Positions 17,479 through 25,053 of a stretch of DNA of 32,000 nucleotides are shown here, in pieces. The notes beneath the pieces were generated by a model. That model was not told the origin of the DNA. It ran no database searches and saw only the letters and a list, made by a program, of their open reading frames with translations. How positions within the stretch are numbered: the first letter of the stretch is position 1; every line of letters starts with the position of its first letter. The stretch covers positions 60,001 through 92,000 of the forward strand of contig NZ_NVQC01000028.1 of assembly GCF_003044035.1 (NCBI RefSeq), in the 5' to 3' direction. The stretch is from Candidatus Methylomirabilis limnetica (lineage in GTDB: Bacteria > Methylomirabilota > Methylomirabilia > Methylomirabilales > Methylomirabilaceae). Both the position numbers and the translations under genes were made by a program.

Positions 17479-17868
17479 TCACTTCTCCGACTGGTACTTC
17501 GGGACGGCCAGTAAGCGGATATAGGCGACGATGTCCTTGATCTCCATGTCGTTGAGCACCCCCCCAAAGCCACTCATCAGCGGGCTGAACTTCTCTGACG
17601 CGCTGCCATTTTTGATGACATTGATCAATTGCGCATCGGTTCTGACATTCATGTACTTGCCGTCCGTAAGGTTCCGCGGCTTGGGATTTAGAAAAGCCGC
17701 TGCCGGCCCATTCCCATCACCCGCTGAACCGTGACACGGAACACAGAAGGTCGTAAACTTCTCCGGAGCCTTGGGCTCGGCGGTAGCCGGCACGGCTGTC
17801 CAGGCCCCTGCGCAGCCCACGACCAAAGCAGTTAGCAGAACCACTTGAACGGTCGCTTTTCTCACCAT
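17479..17868 (-). CDS. Class I mono-haem cytochrome c, secreted
   Basis: Signal peptide (VVLLTALVVGCAGA), CVPCH haem-binding motif, distal Met candidate in PLMSGF. ATG 17868 lies 5 nt after AGGAGGA. Confidence 0.85.
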   Translation of the reverse strand: MVRKATVQVVLLTALVVGCAGAWTAVPATAEPKAPEKFTTFCVPCHGSAGDGNGPAAAFLNPKPRNLTDGKYMNVRTDAQLINVIKNGSASEKFSPLMSGFGGVLNDMEIKDIVAYIRLLAVPKYQSEK

Positions 17869-17996
17869 CGATTCCTCCTGTAAAGTGGTTCCCACTCATC
17901 GCATACAATGAGCAACTAGCAACTTGCTAAAGTCTGCGCTCCAGATTTTCCTATGTCAAGAGGAAGTTGACCTATCCTTTAGAAGCCCAAAACCTG

Positions 17997-18025
17997 TTGA
18001 CTTTTCATGTGATTCCGGCTAGGTT
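17997..18025 (+). promoter_or_regulatory. Possible promoter for ilvE (TTGACT-17 nt-TAGGTT)
   Basis: TTGACT at 17997-18002, 17-nt spacer, TAGGTT at 18020-18025. The -10 element is weak. Confidence 0.25.
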
Positions 18026-18072
18026 GAGCCCGATATTTGGGTATTGTTTGGTGATGCGAAGAGAGGGGTACA

Positions 18073-18984
18073 ATGGCGCACGCGTATTTCAAGGGGCAGT
18101 TCGTTCCGCTTGATCAAGCCAAGGTTAGCATCCAGAACAATACCTTCCAGTACGGGACCGGCATCTTCGAGGGAATTAGAGCCTACTGGAACCCGGATGA
18201 GAGGCAGCTCTACCTGTTCCGCATGGTGGAACACTACGTCCGGCTGCTCAGAAACTGCCGAGTCCTGAAGCTCAACATCGTCAAGGACGAGAAAGAGTTG
18301 TCGGAAATCACCCTGGAATTGCTCAGGAGAAACCACCCCGAAACCGACACCTATATCCGGCCGATTGCGTATGTCGATTCTGATGGGATCGGCCCGAAGT
18401 TCATCGGCTATTCCGCCGGTTTCGCCATGTACACACTCCCGCTTGGCGACTACATCGACGTCTCAAAGGGGATCAAGGTGGGCTTTTCTTCCTGGCGCCG
18501 CATCAACGATAACGCCATCCCGGCCCGCTGCAAGGTCACTGGCGGCTATGTCAACTCCGCATTGGCCAAGACCGAGGCTCTCGAACATGGTTACGATGAG
18601 GCGATCTTCCTCACCGAGGGGGGCTTTATCTCTGAAGGATCGGCAGAGAATATCTTTCTCGTCAGGGGGGGAAAGTTGATCACGCCCGCCCTGTCCGAGG
18701 ATATCCTGGAAGGGATCACGCGCGAGACAGTGATCGAGCTGGCTCGGGAGGAGCTGGGCATCGAGACGATCGAGCGGCCCATCGGCAGGACGGAACTGTA
18801 CGTCGCCGATGAGGCGTTTCTCTGCGGTACGGGCGCCCAGATATCGCCGATGATCGAGGTGGATAAACGGCCGCTGGGCACCGGTAGGATAGGGCCTATC
18901 AGCGCGAAGATTCAAGCGCTCTATTTCGACGTGGTCAAGGGAAAGCAGAAGAAGTACGCGCACTGGCTGACGCCAGTCTATTAA
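18073..18984 (+). CDS. ilvE: Branched-chain amino acid aminotransferase
   Basis: Fold-type IV PLP enzyme motifs: FEGIRAYW, CKVTGGYVNSALAKTEA, EGSAENIF, GITR. Confidence 0.92.
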   Translation: MAHAYFKGQFVPLDQAKVSIQNNTFQYGTGIFEGIRAYWNPDERQLYLFRMVEHYVRLLRNCRVLKLNIVKDEKELSEITLELLRRNHPETDTYIRPIAYVDSDGIGPKFIGYSAGFAMYTLPLGDYIDVSKGIKVGFSSWRRINDNAIPARCKVTGGYVNSALAKTEALEHGYDEAIFLTEGGFISEGSAENIFLVRGGKLITPALSEDILEGITRETVIELAREELGIETIERPIGRTELYVADEAFLCGTGAQISPMIEVDKRPLGTGRIGPISAKIQALYFDVVKGKQKKYAHWLTPVY

Positions 18985-19000
18985 GAACAGGGTGGAGGGT

Positions 19001-19969
19001 TTAGGAAGACCCCTCCAACTGCTTGCGGAAGTATTCGATGGTGAGCACAAGCCCTTCAGCGATCTGCACCTTCGGCTCCCAGCCGAGTTTAGCCCTTGCC
19101 AAGCCAATATCCGGTTGACGGACACGAGGATCATCCAGCGGCAACGGGCAGATCTCAATGCCTGTGGTGAGGGCTGTCGAACCAGCAGACTGACCGCCGA
19201 TTGACTTCAAGACCATGTGGGCAAGCTCAATCACCGTGAATTCATTGGGGTTCCCAACGTTGACTGGGTTGACCTCGTCCGACATCAACAGGCGGTACAG
19301 CCCTTCGACTAAATCAGAGACGTAACAGAAGCTTCGGGTCTGTAACCCGTCACCATACACCGTCAGGGGCTCGTCGCGCAGCGCCTGGTTGATGAAATTG
19401 GACACGACGCGTCCGTCGTTGGGTCGCATCCGGGGTCCATACGTATTAAAGATCCTGGCGATTCGGGTATCAAGCCCATGATACCGGTGATACGCCATAG
19501 TCATCGCTTCAGCGAACCGCTTCGCCTCGTCATACATCCCACGTGGTCCGATCGGATTCACGTTGCCCCAGTACTCCTCCCGCTGGGGGTGGATCAAGGG
19601 GTCGCCGTAGACCTCTGATGTCGATGCGAGCAGGAAGCGGGCGCCTTTGGCCTTGGCCAGGCCCAGGGCCTTGTGAGTTCCGAGAGAGCCAACCTTGAGG
19701 GTCTGGATCGGAAGGCGCTGATAATCGACGGGACTGGCCGGAGAGGCGAAATGGAGCACATAGTCCAGCGGGCCGTCGATGTACAGATACTCGGTGACGT
19801 CCTGCTTGATGAAACGGAACGCATCGTGCCCGCCCAAGTGGGCGACGTTGTCTATCCGGCCGGTGCTCAGGTTATCGAGACAGACGACCTCATGTCCTTC
19901 CTCGATCAAACGGTCGCACAGGTGGGAACCCAGAAATCCGACCCCACCCGTAATCAGTGCACGAGACAT
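19001..19969 (-). CDS. UDP-glucuronate decarboxylase (UDP-xylose synthase-type SDR)
   Basis: [16 protein letters not shown] Rossmann motif, catalytic YDEAK, and NTYGPRM / [12 protein letters not shown] typical of UXS enzymes. Confidence 0.8.
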   Translation of the reverse strand: MSRALITGGVGFLGSHLCDRLIEEGHEVVCLDNLSTGRIDNVAHLGGHDAFRFIKQDVTEYLYIDGPLDYVLHFASPASPVDYQRLPIQTLKVGSLGTHKALGLAKAKGARFLLASTSEVYGDPLIHPQREEYWGNVNPIGPRGMYDEAKRFAEAMTMAYHRYHGLDTRIARIFNTYGPRMRPNDGRVVSNFINQALRDEPLTVYGDGLQTRSFCYVSDLVEGLYRLLMSDEVNPVNVGNPNEFTVIELAHMVLKSIGGQSAGSTALTTGIEICPLPLDDPRVRQPDIGLARAKLGWEPKVQIAEGLVLTIEYFRKQLEGSS

Positions 19970-19979
19970 GGAACTCCTC

Positions 19980-20066
19980 TCATCGCCCGATCCCCATGTA
20001 TTCGAACCCCATGGCCTTCATCTTGATCCAGAGCTGATCCTTCGGCTTCTTAAGCGCCTGCGCAAT
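19980..20066 (-). pseudogene. Possible 3' remnant of a UDP-glucose 6-dehydrogenase gene (28 codons plus stop)
   Basis: Hand translation: [28 protein letters not shown]. The GF-Y--IGR ending is, from memory, the usual Ugd C-terminus. The resemblance stops exactly at the left end of the MITE-like element (20067). It sits directly upstream of the UDP-glucuronate decarboxylase gene. Confidence 0.35.
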
Positions 20067-20249
20067 CGTAACTCTCAGGTGTTCAGGCTGTAGGCTGAAG
20101 GCTGTTAGTCTCTGCGCATGGACTGAACCAAGGGCCCAGATACCTTTTCGGTCTCCATCATTTTCGCGTCACATTCAGAAAACGCCTGGCTCATCTGTGC
20201 GCGTTCCAACAGTCTAAAAGACTACAGCCTATCTACCTGAGTAGTTACG
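20067..20249 (+). mobile_element. MITE-like non-coding element, copy A (183 bp)
   Basis: Terminal inverted repeats CGTAACTCTCAGG ... CCTGAGTAGTTACG. Roughly 85-90% identical by hand alignment to 24830-25005. The left end carries CAGGCTG TAGGCTG AAGGCTG heptamers. No credible ORF. Confidence 0.7.
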
Positions 20250-20250
20250 C

Positions 20251-20358
20251 AGGATCTTCAATAACATACTCCTGCCAATCGAGCCCTACCCTCGCGAACG
20301 CGATCTGGACGAGCTACCGAACTGAATAGGTCTCGCCTGTGGCGATGACGTAATCATC
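20251..20358 (-). pseudogene. gmd: Internal fragment of GDP-mannose 4,6-dehydratase (36 codons, in-frame TAG)
   Basis: Hand translation: DDYVIATGETYSVR*LVQIAFARVGLDWQEYVIEDP. This matches the Gmd segment D(D/F)VIATGE.HSVREFVE.AF..VGLDW...V.IDP. It is truncated at the manC stop on one side and 1 nt from MITE copy A on the other. Confidence 0.6.
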
Positions 20359-21427
20359 GAGGCCCACCCGCAAGCTTCCTGACCTCCTGTGCCCGCTCCT
20401 TGGGACAGACCAGTACACCGTCCTTGGACGCTACCACAATCATCTCCGACAGCCCGACGGTTGCCACCCGCGGCCCGGTCGAGACAATGACCGACTGCGT
20501 CGTATCCAGGAGATGCACCTCACCCACGATCACGTTGCCGTCATCGTCTACGGGCAGCACTCGAGCCAACGCATCCCAGGTTCCCAGATCATCCCAGGCG
20601 AAATCGGCCCTGACCATCGCAACCCCCTCCCCCATCCGCTCCAACACGCCGTAATCTACCGACTGCTTCTTGAACGCGCTGTACTCCCGTTCCAGCGCCT
20701 CCTGTACCCCCCACGCCTCGCGGATGCGACAGAGGCCCGCCCACACCTCCGGCATATGCCTGGCAAGCAGACTTTGAATGGCGACATTTCGCCAGAGGAA
20801 GATGCCGCTGTTCCAGTAGTGATACCCGTCTGTTGCCAAACGCTCGGCCGTCTGCCGATCCGGTTTCTCCAGAAATCGACGGACGCGAAAAGCGCCGGGA
20901 GGCGAGGCCAGCGGCTCGCCGACCTCCAGATATCCGTACCCGGTCTCTGGCCGGGCAGGGGGGATTCCGAACATCACGACCCAGTCCGAGTATGAGGCGA
21001 GCAGCTCGGTCGCCCGGCGCACTCCTGCCGCAAACGCCTCGCCATCAGGAACGTAGTGATCAGCCGGCAAAGCAATCATGACCGCTTCAGGGTCAAGTCG
21101 CTCGAGGTGCAGCGAAGCGATCCCAATGGCTGCTGCGGTATCCATACCCTGCGGCTCGAGCAGGAGATTAGCTACGGGGAGCTCCGGGAGCTGCTCTCGG
21201 ACGAGGTCGCCATGCTTTTGCTCAACGACCACGACAATCTGGACCCAGGGCAGCAGGAGCCGCACCCGCCGGACCGTCGCCTGCAGGAGCGATTCGCTCC
21301 CGATCAAGCGAAGGAAGGCCTTGGGTTGTGCTTCCGTGCTGAGCGGCCAGAAGCGCTCGCCCTTCCCGCCGGCAAGCACCACCGCGAAGACATGGGGGTT
21401 ACTGCTCGTCGCTCCGCCCGTAGTCAT
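20354..21427 (-). CDS. manC: Mannose-1-phosphate guanylyltransferase (nucleotidyltransferase domain only)
   Basis: VVLAGGKGERFWPLS signature and a GMP-transferase-like body. The start is taken as ATG 21427, overlapping the upstream cupin gene by 29 nt. The ORF-track start is 21481. Confidence 0.85.
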   Translation of the reverse strand: MTTGGATSSNPHVFAVVLAGGKGERFWPLSTEAQPKAFLRLIGSESLLQATVRRVRLLLPWVQIVVVVEQKHGDLVREQLPELPVANLLLEPQGMDTAAAIGIASLHLERLDPEAVMIALPADHYVPDGEAFAAGVRRATELLASYSDWVVMFGIPPARPETGYGYLEVGEPLASPPGAFRVRRFLEKPDRQTAERLATDGYHYWNSGIFLWRNVAIQSLLARHMPEVWAGLCRIREAWGVQEALEREYSAFKKQSVDYGVLERMGEGVAMVRADFAWDDLGTWDALARVLPVDDDGNVIVGEVHLLDTTQSVIVSTGPRVATVGLSEMIVVASKDGVLVCPKERAQEVRKLAGGPR

Positions 21428-21758
21428 CCTGGAGTCGAACAATGTCATCCTCCCCGAGGTAGGCGCCGTTTTGAATTTCAATAATGGTGAGTAGATGTGG
21501 CCCGGGATTCTCGATCCGGTGATCTGTCCCTGCCGGCACGAACGTCGATTCCTGGGCGGAAATGACTAAGGCCTGGTTCCCGATTATCACCTTGGCCGTG
21601 CCGGCCACAACAACCCAGTGCTCGCTCCTGGAAGCGTGTCGCTGCAGACTCAGACGATGCCCGGGATTGACCTCAATCCGCTTGACCTTGTATCCCTCTC
21701 CCTCCCCAAGGACTGTCCAGCGTCCCCAGGGCCGCGTTGAGGTCAGTACTGTTTGCAT
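21399..21758 (-). CDS. Cupin-type mannose-6-phosphate isomerase domain protein (type II PMI C-terminal-like)
   Basis: RPWGRW, LSLQRHASRSEHWVVVAGTA and PAGTDHRIENPG are cupin metal-site motifs, as in the C-terminal domain of bifunctional ManC/AlgA. Confidence 0.8.
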   Translation of the reverse strand: MQTVLTSTRPWGRWTVLGEGEGYKVKRIEVNPGHRLSLQRHASRSEHWVVVAGTAKVIIGNQALVISAQESTFVPAGTDHRIENPGPHLLTIIEIQNGAYLGEDDIVRLQDDYGRSDEQ

Positions 21759-21790
21759 GTGATCCCTCGTCTGCTCCTTAGAAATAAGCG

Positions 21791-21880
21791 TTCAGCCATC
21801 AGCACTCAGCCGTTAGCTTCAGATAAAGCAGAGGGGTACATCAAAAGAACCGATAGCTGATCGCTGAAAGCTGATAGCTT
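21791..21880. repeat. Inverted heptamer-repeat element, same TCAGC/GCTGA family as 17361-17467
   Basis: Left arm: TTCAGCC ATCAGCA CTCAGCC GTTAGCT (21791-21818). Right arm: ATAGCTG ATCGCTG AAAGCTG ATAGCTT (21853-21880). Confidence 0.7.
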
Positions 21881-21933
21881 CCCCAGAGTTACATTTCCGT
21901 GGGCCGCAGTGCGGTAGTGCCTCTCATGGGGTG

Positions 21934-22956
21934 TTACTGAGATACGTGCGAGAGGTCCCCGTACGTCTTTTGGTAATACTCCCGATACTCCCCCGCTTTG
22001 ATGCGCGTCCACCAGGTCACGTGATCCTCATACCAGCCGACCGTTTCCTTGAGCCCCGTCTCAAAGGGAATGCGAGGTCTCCAGCCCAGCTTTCGCTCCA
22101 ACTTCGACATATCGAGGGCGTACCTTCGATCATGTCCGAGCCGGTCTTCGACGTGTACGATCAGAGAATCGGGCTTACCCAGGGTCCTCAGGATATGGCG
22201 AGCTACGTCAATGTTGGCCCGCTCGCATTTGCCGCCGATATTATAAATCTCACCATTATGCCCATTCCTCAAAATCAGCGCCAACGCCTCGCAGTGGTCC
22301 TGCACGTGCAGCCACTCGCGGACCTGGAGGCCGTCGCCGTAAAGCGGAAGCGCTTCACCGGCAATGGCATTGGTGATAAAGAGCGGAACCGCCTTCTCTG
22401 GAAACTGGTAGGGACCATAGTTGTTGGAGCTCCGGGTGATGATCGCCGGTAACCCGTAGGTACGAACGTAGGCCGCAACCAGAAGGTCTCCCGCCGCCTT
22501 GCTGGCGGCATAGGGGCTGTTTGGAGAGAGAGGGCTGTCTTCCCTAAAGTACCCTGAAGGCCCGAGCGAGCCATATACTTCATCAGTCGATACCTGCACC
22601 ATCCTTGGAACCCGATGCCGACGGCACGCATCCAGAATGACCTGCGTCCCAAGCGTATTGGTCTCCACGAATGCCCTCGCATCCTGGATACTTCGATCCA
22701 CGTGCGATTCGGCCGCGAAGTTCATCAGCGCATCGAACCGCTCCTTCAAGATGGCGTCTACCAACTCAACGTCGCAGATACTCCCCTTGATAAATCGGTA
22801 TCGAGGATCGCGCTCAACGTCGGCCAGATTCTCGAGGTTGCCGGCGTAGGTCAGCTTGTCGAGATTCACGACGCCGCAATCCGGCTCTGTCGCGAGCATG
22901 TGGCGAATGAAGTTCGACCCGATAAATCCGGCTCCACCGGTCACCACGATTCTCAT
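21934..22956 (-). CDS. rfbB: dTDP-glucose 4,6-dehydratase
   Basis: VTGGAGFIGSNF, STDEVYG and YAASKAAGD (YxxxK), with RfbB-like sequence along the full length. Confidence 0.93.
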   Translation of the reverse strand: MRIVVTGGAGFIGSNFIRHMLATEPDCGVVNLDKLTYAGNLENLADVERDPRYRFIKGSICDVELVDAILKERFDALMNFAAESHVDRSIQDARAFVETNTLGTQVILDACRRHRVPRMVQVSTDEVYGSLGPSGYFREDSPLSPNSPYAASKAAGDLLVAAYVRTYGLPAIITRSSNNYGPYQFPEKAVPLFITNAIAGEALPLYGDGLQVREWLHVQDHCEALALILRNGHNGEIYNIGGKCERANIDVARHILRTLGKPDSLIVHVEDRLGHDRRYALDMSKLERKLGWRPRIPFETGLKETVGWYEDHVTWWTRIKAGEYREYYQKTYGDLSHVSQ

Positions 22957-22967
22957 TGTTCAAACAC

Positions 22968-23066
22968 GTTTCGAGTTTCGGGTTTCGGGTTCCAAGACGG
23001 ACACGCATCTTCAGCCGTGGAACCCCGGCCTGGACTCGAAACTCGCAACTCGAAACTCGAAACTGG
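22968..23066. repeat. Inverted heptamer-repeat hairpin (GTTTCGR x3 / CTCGMAA x4) between rfbC-like and rfbB
   Basis: Left arm: GTTTCGA GTTTCGG GTTTCGG (22968-22988). Right arm: CTCGAAA CTCGCAA CTCGAAA CTCGAAA (23035-23062). Inner 7-bp stem: GGGTTCC (22987-22993) with GGAACCC (23019-23025). Confidence 0.8.
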
Positions 23067-23068
23067 CT

Positions 23069-23533
23069 TCATCCCAGCTTCACTGCCCAATCGTATGGGA
23101 TATCCGGACTGTCAGGGGGGATTCGAAACTCATCCGGCTCCTGGTAATTGTAGAGCTCGGTCGGGAAATTCATAATCGCCGACATCCGGTCGCCTACCGC
23201 CTTGTACCCATGGATCACCAGGGGCGGGATCTTGACCAACATCGGATTCTGCTCACCGATGAAAAACTCATTGAGCAAGCCTTTTGTGGGAGAGTTGTCG
23301 CGGGAATCGAACAGAACAACCTTGGACATTCCGAGGACCCCGACAAAGTGGTCGGTCTGTTTCTTATGATAGTGCCACCCCTTCACCACCCCGGGATAGG
23401 CGGCAGTGATGTAGGCCTGCCCAAATCGCTCGAACTCCTCCCAGTCGCTGCGCAGCATCTCTGTAAGGAAACCTCTCTCATCAGGAACCCGCCGTAGCTG
23501 TCTAGTTTTCACACCATCAATAAGCATCATCAC
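23069..23533 (-). CDS. rfbC: dTDP-4-dehydrorhamnose 3,5-epimerase-like cupin (short form)
   Basis: DERGFLTE, KGWHYHKKQTDHF (His of the catalytic dyad) and IPPLVIHGY match the RmlC pattern. At 154 aa it is shorter than classical RmlC. Confidence 0.75.
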   Translation of the reverse strand: MMMLIDGVKTRQLRRVPDERGFLTEMLRSDWEEFERFGQAYITAAYPGVVKGWHYHKKQTDHFVGVLGMSKVVLFDSRDNSPTKGLLNEFFIGEQNPMLVKIPPLVIHGYKAVGDRMSAIMNFPTELYNYQEPDEFRIPPDSPDIPYDWAVKLG

Positions 23534-23575
23534 CCCTCAACCTTGAACCTTGCACGTTGAACCTTGAACGTTGAA
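23534..23575. repeat. Direct tandem heptamers (CCCTCAA CCTTGAA CCTTGCA CGTTGAA CCTTGAA CGTTGAA), with no inverted partner
   Basis: Six consecutive 7-nt units fill the rfbA-rfbC spacer and abut the rfbC-like SD (GAGGGG on the minus strand). Confidence 0.8.
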
Positions 23576-23580
23576 CTTTT

Positions 23581-24645
23581 TTACACCAACCCCACCTGGC
23601 TGCTATCCCCGAGCATCAGTCGATAGGCCTTCGGTTTCCCGTCAGACCGGAACACCTCGACGTTCTTTCCGATGAGACTATCCTCCAACCTCCCGCCGAT
23701 ATCGGTAATGCGGCACTGGTCGAGGATGATGCTATGCTCGATCTCACTATTCTGCACCAGTGTGTCATGATATATGGAGGTGAACGGCCCAATGTAGGAG
23801 TTGATGATGCGGCAGCGCCTGCCGATGATTGCCGGCCCTCGAATGGTGCTGGCCGTAACGCTCGCCCCCTGCTCCACGATCACCTTTCCGATAAGGTGTG
23901 AGGCCTCGTCCACTTCTCCCTCTACCCTGGGGGTGATCGCCTCCAACATGATCCTATTTGCCTCGAGCATGTCTTCAAGCTTCCCCGTATCTTTCCACCA
24001 GCGGCTGATGATATGGGGATGGACCTGATATCCTTTGTCGATCAGATACTGGATGGCGTCGGTGATCTCCAACTCGCCCCGCGCCGAAGGCTGTATGGCA
24101 TGAACCGCCTCAAAGATCGTCTGGTCGAACATATAGACACCCACGAGCGCCAGATCGCTTTTAGGGTGCGCCGGCTTCTCCTCCAGAGAGATTACCTGAC
24201 CATCTCGAAGCTCCGCCACCCCGAACCGCTGTGGATCGCGAACCCTTGCCAGAAGGATCTGAGAGTTGGCGCCCGACCGCTCGAACTCTTCTACCAGGGA
24301 GCAAATCCCGTCCTTGATCAGGTTATCTCCCAGATACATCACGAAGGGATGATTCCCCAGAAACGGCTCAGCGATCTTGACTGCATGGGCGAGTCCAAGG
24401 GGCGCTTCTTGCTCGATATATGAGACCTCGATGCCCCATTGCGCCCCGTCCCCCACCGCCCCCTGAATCTCACGCTTCGTGTCGCCAACCACGATCCCAA
24501 CCTCCCGGATCTTGGCCGCCGCCATTGCTTCCAGCGCATAGAAGAGGATCGGTTTGTTGGCGATAGGCACGAGCTGCTTGGCGCTGGTGTGGGTGATCGG
24601 ACGCAGGCGGGTCCCCTTGCCTCCGCTCAAGATCAATGCCTTCAT
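23581..24645 (-). CDS. rfbA: Glucose-1-phosphate thymidylyltransferase, long form with C-terminal left-handed beta-helix
   Basis: LSGGKGTRLRPIT signature, nucleotidyltransferase core, and a hexapeptide-repeat-like tail (354 aa). Confidence 0.88.
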   Translation of the reverse strand: MKALILSGGKGTRLRPITHTSAKQLVPIANKPILFYALEAMAAAKIREVGIVVGDTKREIQGAVGDGAQWGIEVSYIEQEAPLGLAHAVKIAEPFLGNHPFVMYLGDNLIKDGICSLVEEFERSGANSQILLARVRDPQRFGVAELRDGQVISLEEKPAHPKSDLALVGVYMFDQTIFEAVHAIQPSARGELEITDAIQYLIDKGYQVHPHIISRWWKDTGKLEDMLEANRIMLEAITPRVEGEVDEASHLIGKVIVEQGASVTASTIRGPAIIGRRCRIINSYIGPFTSIYHDTLVQNSEIEHSIILDQCRITDIGGRLEDSLIGKNVEVFRSDGKPKAYRLMLGDSSQVGLV

Positions 24646-24764
24646 GGGATTTCCTTGGTCACACTCAACTCCACTCCATCACACAGGACGATACGTAATG
24701 AGTGTTACCGATATTGAAGTCTGATCTGGCGAGAAGATTCAACGCTTTTTGTAAGACGGAGGGA

Positions 24765-24793
24765 ATTGTACGGAAGGAGACTCGGCTTGTCAA
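24765..24793 (-). promoter_or_regulatory. Consensus sigma70-type promoter (TTGACA-17 nt-TACAAT) for the rfbA-to-manC gene string
   Basis: Minus-strand read: TTGACA (24788-24793), 17-nt spacer, TACAAT (24765-24770). About 113-nt leader to ATG 24645. Lies immediately inside MITE copy B. Confidence 0.5.
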
Positions 24794-24829
24794 TTTTGAA
24801 ATATTCGGCTACTGCGAGTGGAGAAAAAA

Positions 24830-25005
24830 CGTAACTACCCAAGTGTTTAGGCTGAAGGCTGTTAGTCTTTGCGCATGGACCGAATCAAGGAGTCCAGAAC
24901 CTTTTCGATCTCCATTATTTTCGCGTCGCATTCGGAGACGCCTGGCTCATCCGTGCGCGTTCCTACAGTCTAAAAGACTACAGTCTATCTACCTCAGTAG
25001 TTACG
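24830..25005 (+). mobile_element. MITE-like non-coding element, copy B (176 bp)
   Basis: Terminal inverted repeats CGTAACTACCCAAG ... CCTCAGTAGTTACG. Colinear with copy A but lacks one CAGGCTG heptamer. Confidence 0.7.
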
Positions 25006-25053
25006 ATGAGTCAACAGAGTGGCAGAGCAGACGCGTTGTAAGTAGTCAGTCGC

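Noticed and set aside
18993-19017. 7-bp hairpin (TGGAGGG...CCCTCCA) between convergent ilvE and the decarboxylase gene, as a bidirectional terminator.
   Set aside because: Short stem, 11-nt loop, no U-tract on either strand, and the right arm lies inside coding sequence. Too weak to annotate.
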